A DNA stretch of 57,692 nucleotides, counting the filler, from Sphacelaria rigidula (taxonomy: Eukaryota): assembly GCA_964200075.2 (NCBI GenBank). It is 8 parts of 8 records of this genome, joined end to end, with 100 filler letters (N's around TTAATTAATTAA, not from the genome) between each part and the next. Parts side by side here need not be neighbours in the genome. Positions count along the whole stretch, not along the records: positions 7,226 to 14,349 come from CAXNAA020016368.1; positions 14,450 to 21,573 come from CAXNAA020016369.1; positions 21,674 to 28,797 come from CAXNAA020016370.1; 5 more parts are not named here. One strand, written 5' to 3'. The translations under genes were made by a program, and so were the position numbers. Within the stretch, counting starts at the first letter, position 1. Each line of letters begins with the position of its first letter. Positions 10,901 through 24,590 of this stretch are shown here, one piece after another. Below the pieces are notes generated by a model. It was not told the origin of the DNA, did no database searches, and worked only from the letters and a program-made list of their open reading frames with translations.

Positions 10901-13900
10901 GAGACACTGGTAACGCCGACGAGGTCGGGATTGAGAAACGAGTTCCAGATGTTTCAAATAGCACACGGCTTACGGAAAACAGAGGGAGAGCGCGTGGGCA
11001 GTCGTCTTTCTTCGGCGGTGCTACTTTGGAATCACCGGCTGTTGTAGGGTGGTCCAGTGCAATGCTCGAAATGCTCGGATTCTTTCCTCCGGGCGGTAAA
11101 GCTAGGAACATACATATACGCGCTCGAGGTTGTGCATACAGTACACTTGCATGCTGCACGTACCGAGTACGTACCATTTCGAGGTGTAAATGATTCACAT
11201 TTTGTGCTACCACTATTAAAATTATGTGATATGCCACGAACCGCTCTACACAGGACAATGCACGGCAGACCAGGGACCTAACATAGCACGGGCAGCGACG
11301 GAACTGAAGTATATCAATCACCATTTAAAATAAAATATATCCAGTTATCTTGTGATGCTGTATGAGCCAGGTGCTTCCTTTTCGCATGCTGCTTTATTCG
11401 TACCTAAATATGAGCATGTGAAGTCCGTATACCCACTTCACCTTTGATTTAGCTACTCATAGGCGCATTTCACCTGAGTATGCACGTTTGCCGACGCAGC
11501 GAGCCTGACGAGGGGGTCGATGCCGCCTTTAGCTCCAATAGTGTCGAGATAGTCTGCGTTACTTGCAAGGTTGGCCAGGGCGAATGCTGCGTACTCGCTA
11601 ATGTCGGGCACTTCGGAGTTGGACAAGGCAACAAGAGCCTGAATGGCACCTCTTGCCACCAACTGTGGGTGGTTTCCCTCATTAGCTGCAATATTCCCGA
11701 GCGCCATGGCTGCATGTCGCTGATCATCGAGGTCCGAGCCTGTGGCCATGGCCATGATGGGGGGCAGGCCACCGTGCACAACCACTTGGAGCTGATACCC
11801 ACACACGGAGTGGAATAGGTACACAAAAGGGACACACAATTGGCGCAAGGGGGATCGGAGTAGGCGAATTGAGATAGACTTGGATAATTACCATTCCAAG
11901 TAGGACCGTTGGATTTTGAAATCCTACCACTCATTATATGCCCATTGCATGGACGGACTTGTCTCAACAAACACGGATACACCACATCGGAAAATCTCGC
12001 GCATGTCCCCCTACCGCTATGCAAAACTGCAAAACCTTTTCGATACTCATCACTTCGTCACCTGCATCTGGTGGTCGTTGGCCATGTTGCACAGGCACGT
12101 GGCGGCGTACCGCCTACACTCTCCATCGCCGTCTTGCGTGAGTCTTACGGCGGCCTGCAGTCCCCCGCCTCGGGTCGCCGCGCCCCGAGTCTCGGCGTTG
12201 GCGGTGAGGTTGCACAGCGTCATCATGGCGAGGCGCTTGCAGTCGACATCTGGGCAAGTGGTCAGTCGGATTAAGGATGCCGGACAATCGGACTCTGCCA
12301 TGATGACCTGAATTGAACGCAAGCGAACACGGTCGTGCAAGTTCGAGAGCGGGCGAGGAGTAATGCGGAGTTAGATACATGTTGACAGAGCCGTGACTGA
12401 GTATTTTCTTACGGTGATCATTCGCGAGGGTTGCTCGGACTCAGGATTGGAGTACGGATGATCTTGCCGCGGAGAACAGCCGACGAGCATATTCAATAAA
12501 GGAAAAAGCGGGAGTCTGTCGCGCCTGCTTCGTCGGAAAACAGCTCGGCACCCTGTCACACGCATTATCGGTGCGAGAGGCAACACGCGAATATGGGTAG
12601 AGTGTGGGCCAGCTGGAACGACATACATTCATTTCAATATTGTCAATCGAGCGGTCCACGGTTGCAAAATCTCGCGATTCGTACCAAACACAGTCCGCTC
12701 CCCCGTTAACGCCTTCTCTCTCGCACCTGATTCACAGCGGAACAGCTAAGATTGTACAAGGCAAGCCCGGCCGCCCTCTGCATCTCTAGTCTCTCCCCAT
12801 CGAACGCCATGTCACACAACGGCTTCAAGCCCCCGGCTTGTACCACAGGAACGCGATTCTGACGATGACACGCCAAGTTGGACAGGGTCATCCCGCAGTA
12901 GCGACTGATCTCCACCTTCTCCCGCCCCAAGGCCGTCAGCTTCACAAGCGAGGGCAACGCTCCCGCTTTGACGACATGAACCTGGCGAAAAGCCGTCGCG
13001 AAGGGGTCACACAGGAACATTTTGCTGGAGGATGACATCGGACCGTTCACGTCGACGTTGAATTTTTCCGAGGTCGAGGCTCAAACATTCTGGCGATATC
13101 CCATGTCAAGACGGGAAGTACGAGGACATTATGACGCAAGGATTTCATATAGTTTATCTTGACACGGCTTCACCCCAAGGCTTGAGGAAACGGACGACCT
13201 GTACATATCCAGGGAGGTCACAACGCTCGACCCCCGTGAACAAACTATACACCTGGTTTTCCGCCAGTGTGGAAAGGTTGCATAACGTCATAGCAGCGTA
13301 GCGCTTCACGAGGTCTGAGTCTCCTTCCAGCATATCGATCAACGGCGGTAGACCGTGCAGGGCGACAAGTGGTGTCTTGCAGTCCGGATGCGTGGACAGG
13401 TTGCACAGCGTCATCGCCGAGAACCTACGCAACAGGAGCATCAGCGCGCAGCACCAGTAATATTTTCTCGTCCGTTTCGTGGACGAACTACGACCATTTT
13501 GTTTTTTAATCTCATTGTGCACGCGGTGGTACGGATAGAGCCGAGGCGGTGTGTGCTGTCCGTCAGTGTAGAAGCCGTAGGCGAAACCGTACCCTGATGC
13601 AGGAGCTACACCCCTTGCAAGTAGTACGATTGCTTCGAAACCTGAACATTACTCACACTGGGTATCCTATGTCAGACCCGTATGGTATATCAATTTCGCC
13701 GAACACCGGAGTGGTGGGTACTACTAGCCCCCCTTTGAACGTGCACCCGCCCACCCCTCCACCCGAACCCTTGGATCTACACATGAACAAGCACTACATG
13801 TCCTCAGTTTTGTTGGAACGGTGCATACAAGTGTGCTACCACGACGTAGTACCCCTTTCCTGTGAACATGCACCTCTCGACCACTCTAATCGCGAACACC

Positions 13901-14247
13901 CCGAAACTGTCGGCTCAGTGTCACCTTGCAACCTCGGCGTCGGAGCTACGGAGGCGGCGCACGAGCGGCGGCAAGGCACCCTCCGTCACTATAATCGGTT
14001 TGTTACTCCCATGCGCCGCCAGTCGATACAACGCCCTAGCCGCGAATTTTTGGCACGACACGTAAGGGTTGCCGCCCAGCATACCGACCAGGGGGGGCAG
14101 CCCTCCCGCATCGGTGATGGCGACTTGGTTGCGGGTGACCACCGCTAGATTTCCTACACTAATGGCGGCATCCCTGGCGCATTTTTCTTCTGTGGAACCT
14201 GCAAGGGCAAATACTGCGCGCAGGTCATCCTCATTGAAAACTCCGAT
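7924..14247 (-). CDS. Large armadillo-repeat protein (Vac8-like), internal 8-exon fragment; both ends lie outside the scaffold
   Basis: Exons 14247-13925, 13424-13253, 12981-12727, 12307-12062, 11791-11474, 10906-10778, 10475-9939 and 9531-7924 all have AG/GT boundaries. They splice into one 3588-nt (1196-aa) open frame of tandem ARM repeats (GGLPPLV...AAMTLCNLS, EGALKPLIDL...RCACLAVNAIA). Confidence 0.93.
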
Positions 14248-14257
14248 CTGTGAAAGT

Positions 14258-14298
<41 letters not shown>

Positions 14299-14349
14299 TT
14301 TTTGAGTAAGACTTTTAAAAAAACGGGGGAGGCCCCAAAACCAAAAAAA

Positions 14350-14449
14350 NNNNNNNNNNNNNNNNNNNNNNNNNNNNNNNNNNNNNNNNNNNNTTAATTA
14401 ATTAANNNNNNNNNNNNNNNNNNNNNNNNNNNNNNNNNNNNNNNNNNNN
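14350..14449. other. Artificial scaffold linker
   Basis: N44-TTAATTAATTAA-N44. Confidence 0.98.
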
Positions 14450-16430
14450 CACATTGGAGTAGTAATCCTGGCGTACTTTCACATATTTCAGAGGTCGTGT
14501 TTTGCATGAGATAAATGGCTCCTTACAATTTTAACCTCAGAAAATATTTGTGCACCCCTACCGTGGCTTCACTCGACTACGAACAAATTCACACCCTGAA
14601 TGACGATATATTCTGTTGTCTCAAAATGTACTGCGTACAGTATGGAATGTATTGTCTATTACAAAAGGCGCAAAAGTCGATACTGTACGCAGTACACTTT
14701 TTGACTGTGTATTCTTTTGTCTAGGGTATGCAAACTACAAAAATCCCCGATCGAGGTGACAACTACTAGAGTAATGGTAACACACAGAACGTCATGTTGA
14801 ATCTGGACGTATTACGCATACTTGGACGTCATCCTGGTAACCTCGTTTTTTGCGGTCAAGATGAGACTACTGCTCGTGTGGCGCGTGTTTCGTCAGGCGT
14901 GGATGACGTTCTCAAGATGAGGGAGTGGTATAGATGAGCTTGCACGTCTGTCGCCTCGGCGACGAAGTGTAGGGTAGTTTCCTCGAAGTCGACATGAGTG
15001 CCCCCAAATGTTATAGCAAGCCACGCTACTAGACGTGAGCCCCTCGAAGCAGTACAGTAGCACTCCCACCCAGGCTTCGGCAATGTTCATTTGGCAACTT
15101 CTGTGTCGCGTTTACTGTCAACAATTGAGACGTGCACAAAAGCTCTTGGCAACGGGAAGATCGGAATCCCCAACGAGATTCGAAGATTTTAGTACGGTGA
15201 CTAGAGGATGACCATCTCTGGAGGCGTGGTTACGTTTTGTACCTCATCTTGTTTCATTCTGCTTCTGTTGAACAAACTTGTATGTCAGCCTATCCCGAAT
15301 CATGCGGGACCCCAATCTGTGCCGAATCGGGGAGACTCCGATCCGCGAAACTCAGACTGAAAGAATGAAGCCGAAAAACAAGGCAGGCAGTTAATCATCT
15401 TTCAAGAGCAGCGTCGTACCGTCGTATCCTAGGGTATAATGCAGTGCAGTACACTCCACAATCACCGTACACGGTGATGCCGTGTGGCAATACATGATGA
15501 TACAGTCGGTATTGCGAGAACAGTGAACAGTGTTCGACAAGAGTTCGCGAGTGCAGTGCCATTCATCGCCCTTCAAGTACATCGACAGCAGAGTGTAGGA
15601 TGGTACAGGACCCTTCGTTATGATCACACATGCAGCAGCGCAGTGCAGCATAAGATATTACCATTGCAGCAGTGTACAGCGTCAACACTTTTTATCCGCT
15701 TGTCGAACCCCGTGCGAAGCTGCTCCAGCAGCTGGCGCCGGTAGACACGCCCTTTGCTGTCACGAGACTGTCTGCTGGTGCGGTTGCAAAAACATCAAAC
15801 GCCTGTTGCCGTATCTATCATCGCACGTCAATGGACGTACGTCACTTCCTACAGTTTAGGGCGGCTCGATTTTCCCCCGATCTGTGCTCAGTCCTTAAAT
15901 CGTGACATACTAATCTGAGCTTCCTCGATTTGGGCCAAATTGGGATCCATACAAGGCGTTTCCGAATCTGAGGTCCCCCGACCTATGCACAGATCCGTTT
16001 CTGTGACTGCCACGCAAGATGGTCGGTCTCATTGAAGAGTTACGAGGGGAAACTTCACATCACAAACCGAAAACTGATATATTATGGGTTGACTCGAACC
16101 GCTGCTGGAAATTGCGTAGTTTGGTCACCCCGCACCCCCAAACCAAAATCCGCGCGTTCATCGGACCCTTCCCCCGTACAGGACAACACACGCAGTCGTC
16201 GTCCACCAGGTCGTGGTGTTGTCGTTTGCGTGGATCAACGCGCGGGTTGTCATAATCCAATACCTGACCCCACCGATACCCACCGCTTACATTCGTCAGT
16301 ATTGACATTCACCAATCAGCCCTTACATTTACATCAAGTGCGATGATCAGTCCACGGTTCTAAGTACTTGTGGTGGATGAATAACACCCCCCCCCTCCCA
16401 CTCCTTACCACCACCCCTGCACCTCCACAG

Positions 16431-17299
16431 GAAATCGCTCAAGCTTCCCGGGACGAAGCCCTTCTCCAAGCACATCCCGAATCTCCCCCGCTTCCTCACC
16501 CATCGCACATGGCGCCAACAGCCCGACCCCCCCACAATCCAAACCCCGTGCTTTGATCGTTCGCACAGTTCCCACCCCAACCCCTCCTCCGCCACCCCGC
16601 CACACACGAACAGGAGCACGCTCGTCCAGCTTTACCCGGCGCAGCGCCTCCCCGAACGCATCGAGAATCCATTCCCCCAGGAAACCGTCGTCGACCGCTC
16701 AGACCAACGGGACGAGTAACGCCACCCGAGCGCTCTTTCCGCCGGCGCCTTCCCCGGGCGCAGGTCTTCGGTCCCCGCACACCAGCAGCAACATTTCGCC
16801 ATCGTTTGTCGGGAACAACGGCAGCAGCAGCAACAATAATAACAGTGCTTCGATATCCCCGCCCATCCACCTCGGGCACGGAGGGGCTGCAGGAGGGACC
16901 TACAAGACTCCAATAGGCAAAAACAACTCCATACGATCGGCCGGCAGCTCTGACAGCATTAATGGCGGAGTGGGAAGTGCTGGCTCCGGCAGCTCGCGGA
17001 TTTCCAGAGGAATAGCTGCAAAATCCCGACGGCGGGACGCGTCTGCGACAGGGACGAGGTCTGCGCCGGGTTCAGGTGGTTCGAGAAAGAATCGATCCAA
17101 GTCGCCGGTACCAGCTAGCACCAGAAGTTCTAGACTTAGAGCCAAGTCTAAATCTCCTGTTCCGGGGAACGACCGGCACAAGCATAACGTACATGGTGCT
17201 GGCGGTGGGTACTGGACTAGGTCTAGATCCCCGGGGAGGTCGTCGACGTCGTCGCAGTTGCCCAAGTCTCCGAGGTCTCCGAGTTCGTCGAGATCTTGA
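16431..17299 (+). CDS. Probable terminal exon of a Ser/Arg/Pro/Gly-rich low-complexity protein
   Basis: C-rich tract and CACAG acceptor at 16426-16430; open frame NRSSFPGRSPSP...RSKSPVP...KSPRSPSSSRS-stop. A small upstream exon at 16182-16209 is phase-compatible but unproven. Confidence 0.6.
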
Positions 17300-18016
17300 G
17301 TCGATGTCACTCTTTTTTTTTAGTATCAAGTGGGGTGATGTTTATTTTCCGGGGGGGCAGGGGGGGGGGGAGTTGCCAACGGGTCCGTTCCCTCTTGTTT
17401 GAGCACGTTTTCTGCTTTTTGAAGTGGAGGCGATTTCTGTCGGAGAGAGGAGGGGGGGAAACACCACAGCGAAGTAAGAAAAAGGAAGAAAAATAAGCTG
17501 CTGAATCGGGGTTTATATGAGCCAACCAACAAACACTCAGCGATTTGAATGTTGCGAAAATTTAGGGGTCCTGGCACGTGCGTGGATAAATATTACGATT
17601 ATTTAGGAGTACCTACTATCCGGGGATTTGGGGTTCCGCCCCCCCACCGTGGAACAAGTCATGTGCAGTGTTTCGTGAGAGATAGCAGATGGGTACCGGA
17701 ACAACAAGGGTGGCACGATGGGTGTGCAGACGCGTCTCCTTACTTCTTTTTTTTTCCGTCTTCGGTGCTGGCGAAGAACGAACGCTTTGAGTGCTACGTT
17801 ATACCGAGCTGGTTATTTTCCAGAAACCTCGTTTCGTGTATCGGGGCTCATGGTTGGGGGGGTCGTGGTCCTGAGAAAAATGGATTTGGTGATACCGAAA
17901 ATGGATTTGCTTTTGGGGGGAAAATCGAGTTTGTTTGTTTTTTTCCTCCGAGAATCGAGACGGTGCAAAAATCGTTTGCCGCTGAACCGTTTCGCCCTTG
18001 CATTGTGTGTGTCTGA

Positions 18017-18393
18017 TAGTGTCGGATATCGTATCGAAAGTTTCGATATATCGCATCGAAATATCGTTATCGTTATCGTATTGAAAACATTTCGATAAAA
18101 CGATAAAACGTGCGGTGTGAGTATCGGGTTTTGTCTAATCAGGACATGTTTTCTCCCAGGCTAGGTGACCTTGATGAGGCCAATTTCGATGTGAAGATAA
18201 AATAAAGCCATGTATCCCAATTTTCTCGCCTCCGCGGGCGCCTCCTCAAGAGCCGCACGGGGGGAAGGGGGGGGGCATTTGGTGCTCGCCGAGGTTAGGC
18301 TTCGCCGAAATTCATCGAAAATTATCGTTATCGAACGCTGAAGAAGAACTCGATATCGTATCGAGTTGCTAAATGGTTTGATATCCAACACCA
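18017..18393. mobile_element. hAT-type MITE
   Basis: TIR TAGTGTCGGATATC/GATATCCAACACCA; 8-bp TSD GTGTCTGA/GTGTCCGA (7 of 8 match); subterminal TATCG repeats. Confidence 0.8.
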
Positions 18394-20888
18394 GTGTCCG
18401 ATGTGTTATCTGCACGATATGTGCCTAGATTTTGACATTGTGTGTCCATGTTGGTGTTTTTTTTTACGGTGTTTGTCTCGGGGAAGGTGAGAGGAGCGAG
18501 GTGCGTACAGACAGAGGCGGATGAGAAAGTCCCTGATGTCTGTCTTGTGTTTCGTCGTTACTTTTCTCGTCCGTCTGCTGAACAAACGGTGTTAACAAGC
18601 TTTTTTTATTTTCCTTTTCGTGAATATGTTACCGATGCTGACATGGAAACCCCCTGTTTCGAACGTGTAAGCCCTAGCTGATTGAGCTTGAGCAGCTTTC
18701 TCCTTTCACGGTGGGTACGATACCGGTTGCGTCACTCAGCGGGCTGATTGTCCGTTTTTTTCCTCTGTCGTCTCTTTCGTGTAGTGTCGAGTGCTGTGCA
18801 AGAGAGAGCACGGGAGATGCCACGTGCTGAATACACTCGGTGCTGCCAGTGTCATGATCGTGAAAGCGTTGGTCGAACTCGAGGTTGGTGCTGGAATCGG
18901 AGAGTTTGCTCGAATATCGCAAGAGTACACGGTTTGAGTTTGGAAGCGGTGCCATGGCGGTGTCGGTTGAGCATGATGTTAGAAAACGCATAACGTTTTG
19001 TACGCTGTAGTGTGTACAGGCGCAGCTGAGCTTCATCCTGAAACGTTAGGTCGGCGGATGAATGCCGACGGCTTCGCGTGTGTCGATGTTGGTGGGCGGG
19101 GGAGAAAGGATGGAGCAGTATCGGGCTCTGTTGAAAAAGTGGACCTGCGAATCGGTCCCACGCGAGTTCACAGTAGTGATTTTCCTGTAACAGTTGGAAG
19201 GTCTACGTGAAAGATAAAAAAAAAAGTTGTAGCCATATTGCCATTCACACCCACACACGACAGGACTGTTCCCTACTGATATGTGGACATTCATATTGTA
19301 GTGTACCGCTCAACTAAGCGATTTCGATGACCCGCCTCGGGGCGGTGTTTTTTTTTTCTGCGGCGTGTCGTATACGTTGCTTCTGTTTCATGTGCTACAC
19401 AGTGCGCAGTGTCCTTATCTGTGTGCGCGACGGGTATGGGTGAGGGCGCACGAAGGGGGGGACATGCTACAAGACGCATCTGCTGGGGTTTTTTTTTCAA
19501 CGTTTTCATTAGAAACCAACCTTTTGTTATTACTGCGCGCACGGAGAGTTGCGCACAATGTGCAGGTAGGTGTACACAACGTGATGAGTTTGCTGGCCAT
19601 GATTCTCGAGCTCAGGAGGAGAAGGAGGGGGGGGGAAGGTGACTCAACCATAACATGTCGTTGTTGGGGACTAAGATGGCAGAGAAGGGGGGGGGGGGGG
19701 CGGGTCGGATCGTACCTAACCCTATCCTGTGTAGGGATAAGATCGGGTATTTGCGCTGGAATTCGTATCCCATGCGCCGGGATGATTGGTCTGCAGACTG
19801 TTGGTTAGTACCTCGAAGTACCGAGCTGTAGTGGTGAACAAATTTGCCGTGTAATGTGCAGAGCAATGTCGGCGTTGTGCAGTTTCGTAGCGTGCCTTAG
19901 AGTGAGTGAGGGTGTTCCGAGCTCTGCCGTTTCCGCCGAATTATTGTGAGCTGAGATGGCCTAATCGTTTTTTCGTATCTTTCAGGGCTGGCTTCGTTTT
20001 GTGGGAGAGTTTGTAGCGTTCTAGTATGTATTCATGTATTAACGTGGCACAGTACAGCGTGCCCAGCGGCGATGATTGACACGTGGCTCATGACACATAC
20101 TCGTAATGAAAAGGGAGGGGGGGGAAATCGAGACAATTAATGTAACTGCAGTACGATGACGAATTTGACGCCGACAAACGACTCCTGTTTCTCCGATGGA
20201 GCTAGCGTGATGTTGGGTTTATTCCTTTTTTCACCCACCTTTGCGCAGGCTTTTCCTCTGCTGATCAAAGACAACGGACAGTATGTATGAACATTACTGT
20301 CGTTGCTTCGTTGACGAAACACACACATATATATATACATATACATAGATATCCTAATGATCTCGCCACGCCCCCACGGTCTAATGATACTGTCCAGAAT
20401 AACTGAAGCCGTTGGGCCGGAAGAAGGAGGGTTCAACTCCCCATAATAGATGCGTTTTTTTGTCTCAATATGTATGCACACGTCGGACAGCTCGTGAGCT
20501 GCCTAAGTTGACTATAATCCAAGAGGGCCCTGAGATTCCTTGTCCAAGAACAAGAAATACTTGACGACAGGGTCCGAGAAGCCAAAAGCGCTACCTTCGC
20601 GTTATTCCGCATGCTTTTGGCGTCCAGCCCTGCAGGGAGAAAATATGAAAAAGGGGGGCAAATTAGTTTGCTCATGATCGAGACGAGTATACTGATGAGT
20701 AAATGTTCACATAGCTCATGAGCTGTCCGACGTGTGAAAGTCTGTGATTCCCGTCGTTAAAACCGTCAAGACTGTGAGCACAGCAAAAGTAGTTCATTTC
20801 ACGAGCGTCAAAGCGGTACGGGAGTGCTGATCCAGTTTGAAATTCTAATTGCAAGGCGTGTACCGTGGGAGAGATGGGCTGATCCCCC

Positions 20889-21149
20889 GGGGCAATGCTA
20901 CGGTACGGTTGCACTTTTTGCGCGAAATCTTGTCTGGTCCAGGGGCTCCCAGAGATTCTAAATGCACAAGAATTTACGTCAGGGCACCCCCGTTTGCAAA
21001 TTTATTCGGGACATCCCTAGCACATAGGAATACTGCAGTTATCCTAGCGTACTCCCACATATTCGTAAGTCATGTTTTGGATGAGATTCAGGACTCCTCA
21101 CAATTCACACCTCAGAAAATATTTGTGCACCCCTACCGTAGCATTCCTC
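20889..21149. mobile_element. MITE with ~25-bp TIR
   Basis: GGGCAATGCTACGGTACGGTTGCAC / GTGCACCCCTACCGTAGCATTCCTC; partial second copy at 14450-14567. Confidence 0.7.
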
Positions 21150-21372
21150 CCTGAGATCTCGGACTCGTATCGACGGGAGGGGCTAGATTCCTCGGAGATC
21201 AGTCAATGCGCGACTTTGCACTCCTGTTTCTCAACGAACACTGTTTTTGTGAGATTGAGAAACTAGCTGCTGATCGAGAGTGAGCTTTTCAGCCATTTGT
21301 GGAGTCGGCGTCATGATGGCTTGAAAATTGCTGCGTGACCCACATTGCGAACCCTAGCGATCAGAGGGTTAA

Positions 21373-21477
21373 CTCCTGGACCGCGGTGCGGGTAGTCCAT
21401 CTGGATCATCGTGCATATTTCTTTCGAGTGAATATTGGTGCCGATTCACCAGGTTACCTACCCTCACGGTCAAAGGG
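21373..21477. mobile_element. piggyBac-like MITE, diverged copy
   Basis: Reverse complement aligns with 46504-46605; TTAA/TCAA flanks. Confidence 0.75.
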
Positions 21478-21573
21478 TCAACATCCCAAAACAGCCAATC
21501 ATCTTTGTTGAGGATGGTGCTTTTGATTGAGGATGAGAACCCGGAGGATTAAAATCTTCGTATACTATACTAT

Positions 21574-21673
21574 NNNNNNNNNNNNNNNNNNNNNNNNNNN
21601 NNNNNNNNNNNNNNNNNTTAATTAATTAANNNNNNNNNNNNNNNNNNNNNNNNNNNNNNNNNNNNNNNNNNNN
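21574..21673. other. Artificial scaffold linker
   Basis: N44-TTAATTAATTAA-N44. Confidence 0.98.
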
Positions 21674-21723
21674 CAATGGTCTGATGACTTTGGCATGCAT
21701 GATCATGAGTACACCCCCCTCCC
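21674..21723 (+). mobile_element. Oligo(C)-tailed repeat, type A 3' end
   Basis: CAATGGTCTGATGACTTTGGCATGCATGATCATGAGTACACCCCCC at the scaffold start. Confidence 0.75.
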
Positions 21724-22282
21724 GAATCACCCCCAAAAACTGTCACGAAGAAAGTAGCCTTACAGCGCATGACAGCTAGTGTCAGACTCCGTGAGATACC
21801 TCGAAATGGACGATATTGGCAAAATGATCCCAAGGGTGGAAGTTCCCAGCTGCTCGGTGTGCTTAGCTTAATTTCATTTTTATTTATATGCAGGTTTTGC
21901 TTCCGCAAACCAGCCACTTCTTTTGTGGGGGCTATCACGGTATCAGTATTCGCTACTGTACACTTTTTTGTCGTGTTGTGGGATCCGCCTGCCACATGTT
22001 TCAACGCGTTCTATGAGATGTGTATGGTCGACGTGTTGGCAGGACGCTGCTAGCTCAACAACAGTCATGATTCTTATATATATATATATATATACATGTA
22101 CAAAGCATAGTGTATTGTGTCGGATTTATTTTGATTCACGTTGTTGTTTCTTGCGACCGTGCGAAGGATTTTTGTTGACCTTTTTTTTTTTATCGCAAAA
22201 TAAGATAAAATGAGTATGAGTAACCGACTCCCCAAGATAATATATACTGAGTATATGTATATACATACATACTATGCACCAG

Positions 22283-22445
22283 GCTGCCGAAGAACCGGTA
22301 GCGGCTTCAGGACTCTCAAGTTCATTTTCGGGGGTAGCTTGGTTCCGACCACGACGACCACCATCATCATCATCATCAGCAGCAGCAGCATCGTTGTCCT
22401 CGCCGCCCTCTGCTACACACGGTAGAACACCCATATCGAGAAGGA

Positions 22446-22478
<33 letters not shown>

Positions 22479-24264
22479 CAACCACCACTGTTGCTGGCAA
22501 GACCGCTCCTCGTGGCCCCCGTCGCGGCAGATCTCCTGCCACGACTCCCACCTCCACCGCCACTACTCGTGCCGCTGCAGCTAGGAATGGTGAGGCGAGC
22601 ACCACCCCTGCTGCTGCTGGCAAGACCGCTCCTCGTGGCCCCCGTCGCGGCAGATCTCCTGCCACGACTCCTACCTCCACCGCCACTACTCGTACCGCAG
22701 CAGCTAGGAATGGTGAGGCGAGCACCACCCCTCACGTCCCCGACACGAGAGCCTCAAGGACATCGACACCGCAGCTGAAGAACAAGAAGAAGGCGCCGGC
22801 GCCGGCGCCGGCCGCCACCGACAAACGGAGAGCGACAACGACCATGAACAGCAACAAGAGCGGGACGAGGGAAAACAGCACGTCTTCGTCCCCCTCCGCG
22901 AACGTCCAGGCCGTCTCGCACACAAGAGCAACCGCAGTCAGACGAAGCAGCCGGGTCGGGGTGCCCCCCCCGAAGCAGAAGAATGCTGCCGCCCCTGCTG
23001 CCGCTGCTGCAGCTTCTTCCGCTCCTCGACAGAAGAGTCCCGGCGGCGGCGCTGATGGAGAGGCGGTGGCAGCGAGCGTCGCGGGGAGAAACGGCGAGTC
23101 GGGGGGAAGGGGTCGTATCACGCGGCAGAAGGGGGCGGCTGACAAGAGGTGCAACGATGGCGCGGGTCGCCACGAGCGAGACAAGCAGCGCAGCAACAGC
23201 GGCAGCGGTAGGGATACCAGAAAGGGCAATGTCGCTAGCCGCGAGGCTCGGAAAGTGAAGCGCGGGAGCGGCGATTGCGACGGGAAAAACAAAGGCGGGG
23301 TGGGGCGGGGGAGTGAAATAATTGCTGGTGGCGGTATCAGTGTGAGCGTGAGAGGAAAGATGGTGAAGGCCTCGGCGGCCTCTCGAGCTACTAGTAGGCA
23401 GAAGAACGCAGACCGCGGCGGCGGGAGTGGTGCAACAGCAACGCCCGCCAGCTCCAGCTCCAGCTCCCGCTCGAATAATTCCTCGCCCTCGAACCCTCCC
23501 ACCAGGTCCACATCCGGCAGTTCCTTCTCCTCGAGCTCCCGCTCCAGTTCCAGTTCCAACACCTCCTCGTCCTCCAGCTCCAGCTCCAGTTCCAGCTCCA
23601 ATACTTCGTCGTCCTTGGGCTCCCGCTCCGACTCGTTCTTCGACTATGTCTCGACCAAGAGGAAGAGCATCTACGGCCGCGGGAACGACAACGACGACGA
23701 TGACGTCAACCAAAAACACAGGGGAAAAAAAGCGAAAGTGGATAACTTTATTACTCGTCGAGGAGGCTCCGGGAGCAACAGTCCAGCTTCGTCGTGGGGC
23801 GCGGTGAGACGGGCTGGCGCTGGCTCTAGCGGCGGCAGTGGCAGGGGTGGGGGCGAGAAGGTGGGTGAAAAGAGAAAGGGTGCAAGAGTAGATGGCGATC
23901 ACGTCACGAAAAAAGGAAAGGATGCAGTACCAGCAGCGGCAGGCCGTAGTGATCGCACCTTCACCAGCAGCCGGAGAACAGCCAACCGCAGCCGTGAAAG
24001 CAGCACGTCACCAACGTCGACAGCGGCAGCGATAGCAGCAGCAGCAGCAGCGTTGCACGCGGGCGTAATGGGTGTAGTTGCGGGAGTCATGAAGGGCGGC
24101 GGGAAGAAAGGACAAAGCGTGAGGTTCGACGTCGGGAAAGCTTCGGAGATGCGCAAGAAGCCGGTAGAGATGAAGAACAGAGGTGCGGGGGGAACCTCCG
24201 CTCTTGTTGGCCGTGACGGGTCCCGTAACAGGAGGATCAGCAACAGCAGTGTGGGGACAAGAAG
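22283..24264 (+). CDS. Large low-complexity (Ala/Ser/Arg/Gly-rich, basic) exon, function unknown
   Basis: ~660-codon GC-rich open frame after a CACCAG acceptor; possible donor GTGAAC at 24265; contains a 41-aa tandem duplication and poly-Ser tracts. Confidence 0.55.
22493..22732 (+). repeat. 123-bp in-frame tandem duplication (2 copies)
   Basis: AGKTAPRGPRRGRSPATTPTSTATTR(A/T)AAARNGEASTTP starts at 22493 and 22616, nearly identical. Confidence 0.95.
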
Positions 24265-24389
24265 GTGAACGAAGATGGCCGAGCCGGGCGTCGGCGGTGG
24301 CCAGTAGCGGGAGAGAGCAGAGGAGAGAGAGCGTGGAGGCTCCCGCCGCGAACACAGTGGTGTTGATACCAATGCGTTCTCAAGACCGG

Positions 24390-24590
24390 TGTGCTGTGGT
24401 TTGATATGCTGTGGTGTGCTATGCCGTGCTGTGCAATGAGCTGCTGTGCAATGACGTGCTGTGCTATGCCGTGCTACGCTGTGCTACGCTGTGCTACGCT
24501 GTGCTACGCTGTGCTACGCTGTGCTGTGCTGTGCTACGCTGTGCTGTGCTGTGCTGTGCTGTGCTACGCTGTGCTGTGCTGTGCTACGAT
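24390..24590. repeat. Pentanucleotide microsatellite (GCTGT/GCTAC)n
   Basis: Directly visible. Confidence 0.95.

Noticed and set aside
22126-24372. Long minus-strand ORFs (200-382 aa)
   Set aside because: Antisense shadows of the low-complexity plus-strand exon
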